From an uncultured Ohtaekwangia sp. (GTDB lineage Bacteria > Bacteroidota > Bacteroidia > Cytophagales > Cyclobacteriaceae): 64,000 bases of DNA. Positions 37,424 through 46,874 of the stretch are shown here, one piece after another. Under the pieces are notes generated by a model. The model was not told the DNA's origin, did not search any database, and was given only the letters and a program-made list of their open reading frames with translations. How positions within the stretch are numbered: position 1 is the first letter of the stretch; the number at the start of each line of letters is the position of its first letter. A program made the position numbers and the translations under genes. Where the stretch lies: NCBI GenBank assembly GCA_964395905.1, contig CAYNCP010000002.1:117320-181319 (forward strand), read 5' to 3'.

Positions 37424-39415
37424 ATGAACAGTATTAAAAGAATACTGATTTTTTCAACTCTCTACATTAGCCTTACCCTCCCCTCACTTGCTCAAATGGA
37501 ACAAGACAAGGAGCAATCCAGGCTTTATTGGGAGCAAGCTGAATTAATCATGAGCGAGACACAGGCCATGGATGATGCCCGTGATCTGATGGTGGCTGCA
37601 GCCAACTACGACACTACCAACGCGCAGGCTAATTTCTCTGCAGGCTACATGTACTTAATTACCACCGGCAAAATAAGAGCCACCAAATTTCTTTTGCGTG
37701 CCTATAGAAGCAACCCCGACTACAGATTTGACATTGAATATCAAATTGCCAGGAGTTATCAATACGCACTGAATTTTGATAAAGCCATAACTTATTTTAA
37801 TCTGTACAAAATAAGATTGGAATCAAGTCCAAATTATAATGGGGAAGATAAAATCCCCATGGAGGATGTGGTTCGTAAAATAAGCGAGTCAGAAAACGGA
37901 ATGATATACTTAGCCAACCCCTCAAAGCATTCAATTGTGAATATGGGACCAGAAATAAATTCGGAGTTTGACGACTACGCCCCGGTGTTAAATGAGCGGG
38001 AAGATGAAATCGTATTTACCTCCAGAAGAAGAGATGGTAACTTGAACGACAATGTTTCGGACGACAATAAGCCTTATGAGGATATCTTTTATTCAAAAAA
38101 GACCGGAGACAAATGGAGTCGTGCCAGAAATATAGGTGATCAAGTGAACACCTTGTTCAACGAGTCAAACCTTGCTCTTTCACCAGACGGGAAAACACTT
38201 TTTATTTATCGTGACGAAAATGCCGGAGATGTGTATTTCAGTACCCGGCAGGCGGATGACACGTGGACAGTACCCCAACCTTTACCGGGAGAAGTGAATT
38301 CAACCTACCGCGAAACCTCAGTTTCTATTTCGAAAGATGGCAACACACTGTACTTCGCCAGTGACAGACCAGGTGGATTGGGCGGATCTGATATTTATGT
38401 AAGCACCAAAAACAGAATGGGCGAATGGACCAAGGTGAGCAACATGGGCCCCAAAATTAACAGCGAACTCGATGAAGACAGCCCTTATATCGATTATGAT
38501 GGAAAGACATTATATTTTAGTAGCGAGGGCAAGAAAGGCATGGGTGGATTTGACATTTACAAAGTGACCCTGGAGGATGAGAAGAAAAACCAATGGAGCG
38601 ATCCTCAAAATCTTGGCTTTCCCATAAATACCCCCGATAATGACATTTTCTATGTTGGGTCACAAGATAGTGAGCGAGGTTACTATTCATCCGTTCGTGA
38701 CGATGGCATGGGCTATTCCGACATCTATGTGGTGACGACAGAACCCGAAAAATTCACGTCAGATGAGCCGGTAAAAAAGAAATCAGAACTCATTTCTTTA
38801 CTTTATGAAGTGAAGGTTGTAGACGCTAAAACACAGGAACCACTGGAAGTAACGATAAGTTTACGCCAAGGTAGTAATGTCATCGAGTCGCGAACTTTAA
38901 AACCAGGTGAGTATACTTTTAATATTAAAGATCCTGACCCTAAGACTTATAATCTTTCCGTTGAGTTGGACGGTTACATTTTTCAAAATATGAATCTTGA
39001 TATCGAAGGAGCTACCGAAGAGGTAAAGATGATAAGCAATAAGATTGAAATGAAGAAATTGGTGAAAGGTGCCACTTCTGTCCTGCGCAATATCTATTTC
39101 GATTATGGCACAGCTAAATTCCGTGAAGAGTCTTACGATGAGCTGAACAAGCTGGAAAACATGATGCGCAATAACAACAATCTGATGGTGGAGATTGCAG
39201 GCCATACTGATAATGTAAGCAGTGCCTCATTCAACCTGAAGTTGTCTCAAAAGAGAGCAAATGCCGTAAGAGACCATTTGATCTCAAAAGGCATTGACGC
39301 TGGACGCGTAACAGCTGTCGGCTACGGTGAAGAAAAGCCCCTTGCGAGCAACGATGATGAAATTGATGGAAGAGAATTAAATAGAAGAGTGGAGTTTGAA
39401 GTGATCAATAATTAG
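37424..39415 (+). CDS. OmpA-family protein with TPR, PD40 beta-propeller and carboxypeptidase-regulatory-like domains (PorE-like architecture)
   Basis: TPR-like helices; PD40 repeats (LYFASDRPGGLGGSDIY, LYFSSEG..GMGGFDIY); OmpA C-terminus GHTD..LSQKRA, GYGE..P, NRRVEF. Confidence 0.88.
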   Translation: MNSIKRILIFSTLYISLTLPSLAQMEQDKEQSRLYWEQAELIMSETQAMDDARDLMVAAANYDTTNAQANFSAGYMYLITTGKIRATKFLLRAYRSNPDYRFDIEYQIARSYQYALNFDKAITYFNLYKIRLESSPNYNGEDKIPMEDVVRKISESENGMIYLANPSKHSIVNMGPEINSEFDDYAPVLNEREDEIVFTSRRRDGNLNDNVSDDNKPYEDIFYSKKTGDKWSRARNIGDQVNTLFNESNLALSPDGKTLFIYRDENAGDVYFSTRQADDTWTVPQPLPGEVNSTYRETSVSISKDGNTLYFASDRPGGLGGSDIYVSTKNRMGEWTKVSNMGPKINSELDEDSPYIDYDGKTLYFSSEGKKGMGGFDIYKVTLEDEKKNQWSDPQNLGFPINTPDNDIFYVGSQDSERGYYSSVRDDGMGYSDIYVVTTEPEKFTSDEPVKKKSELISLLYEVKVVDAKTQEPLEVTISLRQGSNVIESRTLKPGEYTFNIKDPDPKTYNLSVELDGYIFQNMNLDIEGATEEVKMISNKIEMKKLVKGATSVLRNIYFDYGTAKFREESYDELNKLENMMRNNNNLMVEIAGHTDNVSSASFNLKLSQKRANAVRDHLISKGIDAGRVTAVGYGEEKPLASNDDEIDGRELNRRVEFEVINN

Positions 39416-39443
39416 AATCTTTTTACCAACTTTGAACCTCCTA

Positions 39444-39477
39444 AACCAACGGTTGTTTAATCGTTGGTTGTTTTTTT
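39444..39477 (+). terminator. Hairpin plus T-run after the OmpA gene, 2 nt before the menG ATG
   Basis: AACCAACGGTT-GTTT-AATCGTTGGTT-G-TTTTTTT. Confidence 0.55.
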
Positions 39478-39479
39478 AT

Positions 39480-40202
39480 ATGACAGTAGTTCCATACAAG
39501 CAAGATAGTTCTTCCAAGAAAAAGCAGGTGGCCATGATGTTTGACAACATCAGCGGCAACTATGATTTCTTAAATCATTTCCTCAGTTTCGGCATAGACA
39601 TACTTTGGAGAAAAAAGGCCATTAAAATGCTGCGTACACTGCAGCCGAAGCAGATTTTGGATGTGGCTACAGGCACCGGTGATTTTGCCATTGAGGCATT
39701 ATCGCTGAATCCGGACAAGGTTATAGGAGTTGATATTTCTGAAGGAATGTTAGAAGTAGGCCGGGTGAAGATGAAAGAAAGGAAACTGGATCATCAAATT
39801 GAATTGCTTTATGGTGACTCTGAAAATCTGCCTTTTGAAGAGAACAGCTTTGATGCCATTATCGTGGCATTTGGGGTTAGGAATTTTGAAAATCTGGAAA
39901 ATGGGCTTGCTGAGATGCTTCGTGTGGCAAGGCCTAATGGGAAAGTGGTAGTATTGGAGTTTAGCAAGCCCAGGAAATTTCCCTTTAAACAGTTATATAA
40001 CTTTTATTTTAGGTACGTTTTACCTAAAATCGGACGTTGGGTCTCCAGAGACAGTTCAGCTTACACTTATCTGCCTGAATCTGTTCAGGCCTTTCCGGAC
40101 GGTCAAGGTTTTATCGACATTCTAAACCGGTTGGGATATAAAAATACAGCATGCAAGCCACTCACATTTGGGATAAGTTCATTATACATCGGCACAAAAT
40201 AG
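39480..40202 (+). CDS. menG: Demethylmenaquinone methyltransferase (UbiE/MenG)
   Basis: MFDNIS.NYDFLNH.LSFGID..WR, LDVATGTGD, FGVRN, AY.YLPES. Confidence 0.95.
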   Translation: MTVVPYKQDSSSKKKQVAMMFDNISGNYDFLNHFLSFGIDILWRKKAIKMLRTLQPKQILDVATGTGDFAIEALSLNPDKVIGVDISEGMLEVGRVKMKERKLDHQIELLYGDSENLPFEENSFDAIIVAFGVRNFENLENGLAEMLRVARPNGKVVVLEFSKPRKFPFKQLYNFYFRYVLPKIGRWVSRDSSAYTYLPESVQAFPDGQGFIDILNRLGYKNTACKPLTFGISSLYIGTK

Positions 40203-40885
40203 TGCTGCTTGGCCTGCTTATGCTATCGCCTGGTGCCTTTGCCCAAACGTTCAAATGGGCACGACAGCATAATCCAAACTATGACGAGCGAAGAATCAGC
40301 TATGGTTTCATGATTGGCATCCATACTTCAGCCTACCAGGTGAAGTATTCAGATAAATTTGTGACCCAGTCTTTTGATACGGTCCATTCCGTACTCACTC
40401 CATTTGCGCCTGGCTTTTCTCTGGGTTTTCTCATTAACCTGAGGCTAAACAGTGATCTGGATTTGCGCATCATGCCCAAAGCAGGGTTTTACGATCATCA
40501 GCTGGAATACAATTACACAGATGAAACCACGCAAACACAGCTGACAGAAACCACCATGGTGGAATTTCCCATTCTGTTGAAATACAAATCAATGCGAAGG
40601 GGAAATGTGCGTATGTATATGATTGGCGGAATTACTCCATCTATTGAGGCTTCTGGTAAAAATGACATACAAGCTACCACTGAGGTGCTTGATATCAGGC
40701 AAACTAACCTATCCATAGATGCTGGCATTGGTTTTGACTTTTATTTTCCGCTTTTCAAATTCTCTCAGGAAATTCGATTTTCAAGGGGCATTGCCAATAT
40801 GTTGGGTCCTGACCCAAGCTCTTTTAAAGAACCGATCACTCGGGTAAATACAAATACAATTTCAGTTTATTTCATTTTTCAATAG
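40151..40885 (+). CDS. porT: PorT-family T9SS outer-membrane beta-barrel protein
   Basis: NPNYD...SYGF, GFSLG, LRIMP, EFPILLKYKS.RRGN, D.YFP.FKFS.E; the menG-porT adjacency matches what I recall for Bacteroidota. Confidence 0.8.
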   Translation: MQATHIWDKFIIHRHKIVLLGLLMLSPGAFAQTFKWARQHNPNYDERRISYGFMIGIHTSAYQVKYSDKFVTQSFDTVHSVLTPFAPGFSLGFLINLRLNSDLDLRIMPKAGFYDHQLEYNYTDETTQTQLTETTMVEFPILLKYKSMRRGNVRMYMIGGITPSIEASGKNDIQATTEVLDIRQTNLSIDAGIGFDFYFPLFKFSQEIRFSRGIANMLGPDPSSFKEPITRVNTNTISVYFIFQ

Positions 40886-40886
40886 G

Positions 40887-41648
40887 ATGACTCCAAAGAG
40901 AATAGCACTTATTACGGGTGCCACTTCCGGCATTGGCGAAGCCACTGCAAGGCTTTTAGCTGTACACTCATTTAAATTAATCCTCTGCGGAAGGAGGAGG
41001 GAACGGCTCGACAGGTTGCAAAAGGAATTATTAAAGTCTACGGAGGTTACTACGTTGACTTTTGATGTTCGCCATCGAGGGGAGGTGTCACGTGCAATAG
41101 GGTCATTGAGCAAGGAATGGCAGCAAGTGGATGTTCTGATCAACAATGCCGGCAATGCGCATGGATTAGCCCCAATTCAGAGTGGGAGTGTTGACGATTG
41201 GGATGCCATGATTGACATCAATGTGAAGGGCCTGCTTTATGTATCTCGTGCCATCCTGCCAGGCATGGTGGAAAGAAGTGCCGGGCATATTGTTAATCTG
41301 GGGTCTATTGCGGGTAAAGAAACTTACCCGAACGGAAATGTTTACTGCGGCAGCAAGTATGCGGTGGATGCCATCACCAAGGGCATGCGCATCGATTTGA
41401 ATGCATATGGAATAAAAGTAACAGCAATCCATCCGGGGCTCGTGGAAACTGAATTTTCATTGGTTCGATTTAAAGGCGATGAAGAAAGGGCAAAATCGGT
41501 GTACCAGGGCTATCAGCCGCTGCTTCCGGAAGATATTGCTGATTTAATACTATTCACTTTAAACAGGCCAGCCCATGTAGTTGTAGCCGACCTGGTGGTG
41601 TTTCCAGTTGCGCAGGCCAGTTCCACGATTGTGAAAAAAACCTTATAA
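40887..41648 (+). CDS. SDR family NAD(P)-dependent oxidoreductase (YdfG-like)
   Basis: TGATSGIG, NNAG, GSIAG, YCGSK (YxxxK), PGLVETEF. Confidence 0.92.
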   Translation: MTPKRIALITGATSGIGEATARLLAVHSFKLILCGRRRERLDRLQKELLKSTEVTTLTFDVRHRGEVSRAIGSLSKEWQQVDVLINNAGNAHGLAPIQSGSVDDWDAMIDINVKGLLYVSRAILPGMVERSAGHIVNLGSIAGKETYPNGNVYCGSKYAVDAITKGMRIDLNAYGIKVTAIHPGLVETEFSLVRFKGDEERAKSVYQGYQPLLPEDIADLILFTLNRPAHVVVADLVVFPVAQASSTIVKKTL

Positions 41649-42305
41649 TAAGATTACTTTTTCAAGAGCAGCATCATTGATTTCATGTCCGCCTTTAAAT
41701 TGGATTTGTGTAGGCACTACCTGCAGTCGTTGACTGAGCATCTCCATCTCTTTCTTTTTGTCTGGTGAAATAAACGGATCGTCCTTTCCATAGACCGCCA
41801 GTATCTCCTTGTTGGCAAAAATATTTTTTCCATGCTCAAAGTTCATATCGGCTGGGAATATGCCGGCCCACAAAATAAAGCGATCAAATCTTGCCCGGCC
41901 GCTGAGCGCCCAACGGGTAATAGTAGCTGCACCTTGAGAAAATCCTAAAAGCGTAACGCGGGCATTATTGATTTTATTCAACTCGTAGTCATAAATAGAC
42001 TGCAGGTAGTTGATATAATTTTCAATATCCATTTCTCTGTTTTCCCGGGTCATCCAGGTTGCCCCCACCCGGTTGGTGCCACCGGCCATCCTGGTGGGTA
42101 TGTCTTCCAGGTAAAAACGGGAAAGGCCTTCAGGGGCAATAACGCATATACCTTTACGGGATAGTAATTCAAACTTCTTGATAAAGAACCGGGCCAATTG
42201 ACCATAACCATGAGTAACAAACCATACCTCCGGTTCGGCCTTTATCACTTCACCAAGCTTGAAGTATCGTGCCCGGTAGGTAAACTGAAGCGAAAGCTCT
42301 TTCAT
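41643..42305 (-). CDS. Alpha/beta hydrolase (phospholipase/carboxylesterase)
   Basis: HGYGQ, GFSQG nucleophile elbow, DPF and GGH catalytic positions. Confidence 0.85.
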   Translation of the reverse strand: MKELSLQFTYRARYFKLGEVIKAEPEVWFVTHGYGQLARFFIKKFELLSRKGICVIAPEGLSRFYLEDIPTRMAGGTNRVGATWMTRENREMDIENYINYLQSIYDYELNKINNARVTLLGFSQGAATITRWALSGRARFDRFILWAGIFPADMNFEHGKNIFANKEILAVYGKDDPFISPDKKKEMEMLSQRLQVVPTQIQFKGGHEINDAALEKVILL

Positions 42306-42321
42306 AAGGCGTTTTTAAATG

Positions 42322-42359
42322 AGAAAGCCGCCACATCCACATTGGAAATGGCGGCTGCC
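42322..42359 (-). terminator. Hairpin closing the SiaC-ABC operon
   Basis: AGCCGCCA...TGGCGGCT inverted repeat about 25 nt after the stop of the 143-aa gene; short T-run on minus (TTTCTC). Confidence 0.55.
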
Positions 42360-42381
42360 TAATATAATGGTTGGATTCAAA

Positions 42382-42813
42382 TTATCTTTTAAATCCCAGC
42401 GCGCTGCCTCCGCAATAAGTGGCTGAGCCATCGAAGGTATATTGAATGTAGTAGATGCCTGTGGCGTTGCAAGGATATGCGATGGCTGAAATGAATTGAT
42501 CATTCACTTTACTGCTGGCGACTTTGTTTCGCTTGCTGTCATACAGGCTTACCACCAACCCATCAGGACTGTTGCCATCGGCACAAAGATTAATCATGTA
42601 CTGCGTTCCTTTGGTAAACACATAGGAGTACTCAACTTTTTCTTTATTTCCGCCATCTCCGTCTATTTTATAGCTTTTTAAAAAATTGAACCCGCTGCTT
42701 AATTTAGGAATGCAAGCATTGCTAAGATTGTCGGCATCACATTCTGCATTGAGTCCGGTTGAGCCATAGGCTGCCGAAATGATCATAAGAATTAATATTA
42801 TCGTCTTTTTCAT
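42382..42813 (-). CDS. Secreted hypothetical protein (143 aa, 5 Cys, beta-rich)
   Basis: Signal peptide; YVFTKGTQYMINLC...VSLYD...YPCNATGIYY pattern suggests a PPC-like beta-sandwich. Confidence 0.75.
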   Translation of the reverse strand: MKKTIILILMIISAAYGSTGLNAECDADNLSNACIPKLSSGFNFLKSYKIDGDGGNKEKVEYSYVFTKGTQYMINLCADGNSPDGLVVSLYDSKRNKVASSKVNDQFISAIAYPCNATGIYYIQYTFDGSATYCGGSALGFKR

Positions 42814-42826
42814 ATCCTGTTCGCTA

Positions 42827-43723
42827 TTAGCTAATGATTTTATTTCTAATTGAGTTGGTCGCTGACATAATATTTTTTACATCATCTTCTGTTATGTCAA
42901 TGGTGGTGGTACTGTTGTCTTTGATTACGGCTACCCCGTCTACCACTTCCATCGTTGATTCCTTATAGGTGTAGGTGATGTTAATATTATTGAAGGCCGC
43001 CTCCAATTCCTTCAGATCCTTCAATAACGATGCCATATTTTCATCATTCTCGTAAAATGAAAAGAGAAGAAGGATCTGTTCCAGCGTTATTTTTTGCTCC
43101 CCAATCTTTTCGCGAAGGTCCTTATGATCCGGGTTTTTCATAGCCAATTGGCAGGTTACCTGCATGGCCTCTATCCAGCCACCTGTAAGCAGCAATACGC
43201 TTAAATTAGAACGGTTCTGCTCTTGCAGGTAGTGATTAATCGAATTGAAGTTTTGTGTGGTGATAAGCAAAAGGGAATCCAGGTTTCTGCTGTTAGTGGC
43301 CAGTCGCGCAATGGTTTCAATGTCAAAAAATTGACCAATGTTCAATTGGTTGGCAAGTGATTTTATGGTCGTCAGGTACTTGATTCCGTCCTTATTTTGC
43401 TCATAAATATTGGTGTACCCTAAGTCTGTACCGTATACCCCCAGATTGAGTGCCATTTTGTAGTTTGTGTTGTACTTGGATAGGTTGTCGGGTGTATTCA
43501 ACAGGCTGGCATTGTACTTGACCTTGGATTGCTTAAGCAATACAGAAATCTCCAACGGGCTTGGGATTTGACCCAATATGCTCCCGATTACTTCCTGGTC
43601 AATGGACGGCCCCTGGTTGAGGGTAGAATCTAAGCTTTCTTCAAATGCCTTTTCATCAGGTTTTTTCCCTGAACCGCATGACATTAATACGAAGGCAGCT
43701 AAAGCCACAAATAGAATTCTCAT
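42827..43723 (-). CDS. Hypothetical alpha-helical lipoprotein (298 aa)
   Basis: Lipobox VLMSC16; PSPLE, ALNLGVYGTDLGY, GGWIE, KIGEQK segments. Confidence 0.8.
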   Translation of the reverse strand: MRILFVALAAFVLMSCGSGKKPDEKAFEESLDSTLNQGPSIDQEVIGSILGQIPSPLEISVLLKQSKVKYNASLLNTPDNLSKYNTNYKMALNLGVYGTDLGYTNIYEQNKDGIKYLTTIKSLANQLNIGQFFDIETIARLATNSRNLDSLLLITTQNFNSINHYLQEQNRSNLSVLLLTGGWIEAMQVTCQLAMKNPDHKDLREKIGEQKITLEQILLLFSFYENDENMASLLKDLKELEAAFNNINITYTYKESTMEVVDGVAVIKDNSTTTIDITEDDVKNIMSATNSIRNKIIS

Positions 43724-43785
43724 AATTGATCATTTAGGGATACCAAAATAAATAATTAAGCTGGCACTTACCAAAATTGGCAGGT

Positions 43786-46700
43786 TTACTTTGACTTTGA
43801 CACTGCGAATTTACCAGATGAATTGACTAATTTTCTCAATAGTTCAAAATAAAGAAACACATAAAGTAATGCCGTCATTAGCCAAATGGCCATGGAATTA
43901 AATAGGAAAGTGCTGAACTGAATTCCCAAGAAGTGTTTTTGCGGAAAGAAAAAGCCGGTTCTATAGTCAAGCGCGTGGAGCGGACTTGGATCCTGAAATA
44001 CAGGGTCTATTAGCTGAATTACTCTGCCCTGGTGAATGACCAATCTCTCCTTTGTATTCACGTTCCTCACCAAATCAGAAAGACTTTCATTAAAGTAGAG
44101 ATTTTTCTCCTGATTGAGGTCGAAGCCTTGTTTCTCATAAAATAACTTTTTCTTATCTGAGATAACAATTTGCTCGTTGTAAACATCCTGATAATGTCTT
44201 CGGTAATCCATAATGTAGGTTTGAAGTTGTTGACCAAACTCCTTTGTGTATCCGGCAACAGTAAGGGAGATTGCCAAATTACCATCATTCAGTTTGCCTT
44301 TAAATGGATCATTGATGATCTGACTTCTCAGGATCTGCAGATTTATGGCCATCTGATTTCTTACTGAATCTGCCTGGTTATCAAAATTGTCAAGTATGAA
44401 TTGATTTCTCGCTTGTAACTCATCGGCTACATAGGCAGACTTGAAGTCTGCCTTTGATGCCTTTTTCTCATATTCATAAAACCCTTGCTCGTAGTTGTTG
44501 TCCATGAATTGTTCTACTGCTAATGCTTCATAGGCCCACCTCGAAGCCATCATATCCGCCACTATGGGTACTTTTTCTTTATTGCTAATTACACTGTGTA
44601 GCTTGTCAAAGCTAAACAGCACACCGCTCAAAATCATTTGTGGAATCAGCAGCAGCGGAATGAGCACGTAAACAGTAACAGCCGAGTTAAATGCAGAAGA
44701 TATGTTGAGGCCAAGCACGTTGGCCATGCAGGAAGTGGTAAACAAAATGAACCAAAAAGATAGCGTAATTCCCTTGATCTCTAAAACCAAATTTCCAACC
44801 AAAACGAATAGCAATGTTTGAATGGCAGAAAGCAGGAACAGGATGCTGATTTTTGAAACGAGGTAACTATTCCAGCTCAGGTTGAGGAATGATTCTCTCT
44901 TTAAAATTTTCCTGTCCCTGATTATCTCTTCGGCACTTACGGTAAGTCCCATAAACAGGGCTACTATTATACTCATTAAAAAAAATGCAGGTAGATTTTC
45001 ATTGAATCTGAATAGATAGCTCTGACCGCCAGGAGCGCTCTTATACCGGATAATAAACGAAAGTATCAATGCCAGCAAGGGAGCCTCCAGTAAATTGATG
45101 AGCAGATACTGCGTATTGCTTATTTTAGACTTTAAGTCACGCGAGGCAAAGATGAGGGTCTGTTTTATTCTGTTTGGAATCCTGAGCGACTGGGGTGGAT
45201 CTTCTTTTTCATCGGCAACACGTATTATTTTAAATTTGTTTTTATACATGTCGTGCCATTGCACGGGGGTGACTTTTCTCTTGTTGGTCGGTTGACCGTA
45301 CTCATCAACTACTTTCGCTTCAATGATGTTGAATATTTGTTCCGGGTTTACGTTTCCACAGGTTTCGCATTGACCTCTTTCGCTATGTACCTGGTGGGTG
45401 GCTCTCTTAAAGTATGAAACGGCATCAACGGGGGCACCGATATAAGTTGGATAGCCACCTGTATCCATTATGATCATTTTGTCAAACATCTTATAAATGT
45501 CTGATGATGGCTGATGAATGATAACGAAAACCAACTTCCCTTTTAAAGAAAGTTCTTTGAGCAAGTCGATTACATTTTCAGAGTCGCGGGAAGATAGTCC
45601 TGATGTTGGTTCGTCCAGAAAGAGAATAGCTGGCTCCCGTATGAGTTCAAGTGCTATATTCAGTCTTTTTCGTTGACCGCCACTTATTTTCTTGTCAAGT
45701 ACAGATCCAACTTTTAAATCTTTTCTGGTTTCAAGCCCCAGATTTTCGAGTACGGAATGAACCCGATTCCTGATTTCAGTATCCGACAAGTTGGCAAAGC
45801 AAAGCCTGGCGTTATAGTACAAATTCTCAAAAACAGTCAGTTCTTCAATCAGGAGGTCGTCCTGGGCAACATAGCCAACCACGCCTTTAATTTTGTCCTG
45901 GCGTGAATGAATATTGTATCCGTTGATGAGTATTTCTCCTTTGGTTGGCTGCTCCAGCCCTGCCAGCACATTGAGCAATGTGGTCTTGCCTGCACCGCTG
46001 GCCCCCATAATGCCTATCAGTTTCCCCGGACCCTCAGAAATGATTATGTTTCTTAGCCCGATTGCCCCGCTTGAAAATTGATACTCATCAACAACTGCAT
46101 TAAAAGAAAGCTTCGTAGTTTGAATTTCCTCATTGAAGTCGGCAACAATATCACTATAGTACAGCGCACCTCCTGCTTGTAATTTAATGGTGCTTCCATG
46201 TGAGAAAAGATAAATGCGATTGTGCTGCATCACAAATCCATTTAACAGGTGTGAGTCATCACCCAGGTATTGTGCAAAGTAAAGTTCCACACTTGGCACT
46301 TTTAGAAAAAAAAGATTGCCGTCAATTTCCGTCTGAATGTGCTTTTGTTTTTCGGCAGATTTAGTTGCTAAAGAATTAACCACGAGTATGTCAGTAAAGT
46401 TGAGTTCTGCCATGTTGGTGGTTATCACAAAGGTCTCTATCAATTTGTATTCGGCAGCGCTGATGTTAAACACAGTGGAAACCGTATTGATAATCTCCAT
46501 TCGCTGTGGCGTAAAATTATTATCGGCACCTACCAGTTCAAGCAACTTGATCAACACAATCACCTTCTGCTTTTGCGTAAGCGTGCGATTTATTTTTTTG
46601 CAAATACCCAGTGTTACAATTGAGTCTTTTACGGATGGAGTGGTGTAAGTAGTTATTTCCCTGGCAGCGTTGCTTTCATTGAATTCAGAATACTTATCGT

Positions 46701-46851
46701 AGCGATCAAGATATTCCTGGATAGAAGCTTGATCCAGTTCTTGTTGGAAAAATCGAATCACATACTGCCGTTCCTTGATCGTCACCCCACCATCCTGCTT
46801 GGTGATAATTGCAAAAAGTTGCGTTAGTGCCTTGAGTATCTCTTCACTCAT
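43786..46851 (-). CDS. ABCG-like NBD-TMD half transporter with N-terminal TerB-like domain
   Basis: Walker A GASGAGKT (aa 283), GYVAQDD, ISGGQ, ILFLDEPTSGL, IIHQP; ABC2-type TM helices; large extracytoplasmic loop; TerB-like aa 1-145. Confidence 0.9.
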   Translation of the reverse strand: MSEEILKALTQLFAIITKQDGGVTIKERQYVIRFFQQELDQASIQEYLDRYDKYSEFNESNAAREITTYTTPSVKDSIVTLGICKKINRTLTQKQKVIVLIKLLELVGADNNFTPQRMEIINTVSTVFNISAAEYKLIETFVITTNMAELNFTDILVVNSLATKSAEKQKHIQTEIDGNLFFLKVPSVELYFAQYLGDDSHLLNGFVMQHNRIYLFSHGSTIKLQAGGALYYSDIVADFNEEIQTTKLSFNAVVDEYQFSSGAIGLRNIIISEGPGKLIGIMGASGAGKTTLLNVLAGLEQPTKGEILINGYNIHSRQDKIKGVVGYVAQDDLLIEELTVFENLYYNARLCFANLSDTEIRNRVHSVLENLGLETRKDLKVGSVLDKKISGGQRKRLNIALELIREPAILFLDEPTSGLSSRDSENVIDLLKELSLKGKLVFVIIHQPSSDIYKMFDKMIIMDTGGYPTYIGAPVDAVSYFKRATHQVHSERGQCETCGNVNPEQIFNIIEAKVVDEYGQPTNKRKVTPVQWHDMYKNKFKIIRVADEKEDPPQSLRIPNRIKQTLIFASRDLKSKISNTQYLLINLLEAPLLALILSFIIRYKSAPGGQSYLFRFNENLPAFFLMSIIVALFMGLTVSAEEIIRDRKILKRESFLNLSWNSYLVSKISILFLLSAIQTLLFVLVGNLVLEIKGITLSFWFILFTTSCMANVLGLNISSAFNSAVTVYVLIPLLLIPQMILSGVLFSFDKLHSVISNKEKVPIVADMMASRWAYEALAVEQFMDNNYEQGFYEYEKKASKADFKSAYVADELQARNQFILDNFDNQADSVRNQMAINLQILRSQIINDPFKGKLNDGNLAISLTVAGYTKEFGQQLQTYIMDYRRHYQDVYNEQIVISDKKKLFYEKQGFDLNQEKNLYFNESLSDLVRNVNTKERLVIHQGRVIQLIDPVFQDPSPLHALDYRTGFFFPQKHFLGIQFSTFLFNSMAIWLMTALLYVFLYFELLRKLVNSSGKFAVSKSK

Positions 46852-46874
46852 ATGTATTTATAAAAATCGCGCTG

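Noticed and set aside
43786-46851. ABCG-like transporter as eukaryotic contamination or recent transfer
   Set aside because: No introns, composition like its neighbours, and operonic with bacterial genes; bacterial NBD-TMD ABCG-like proteins are known.
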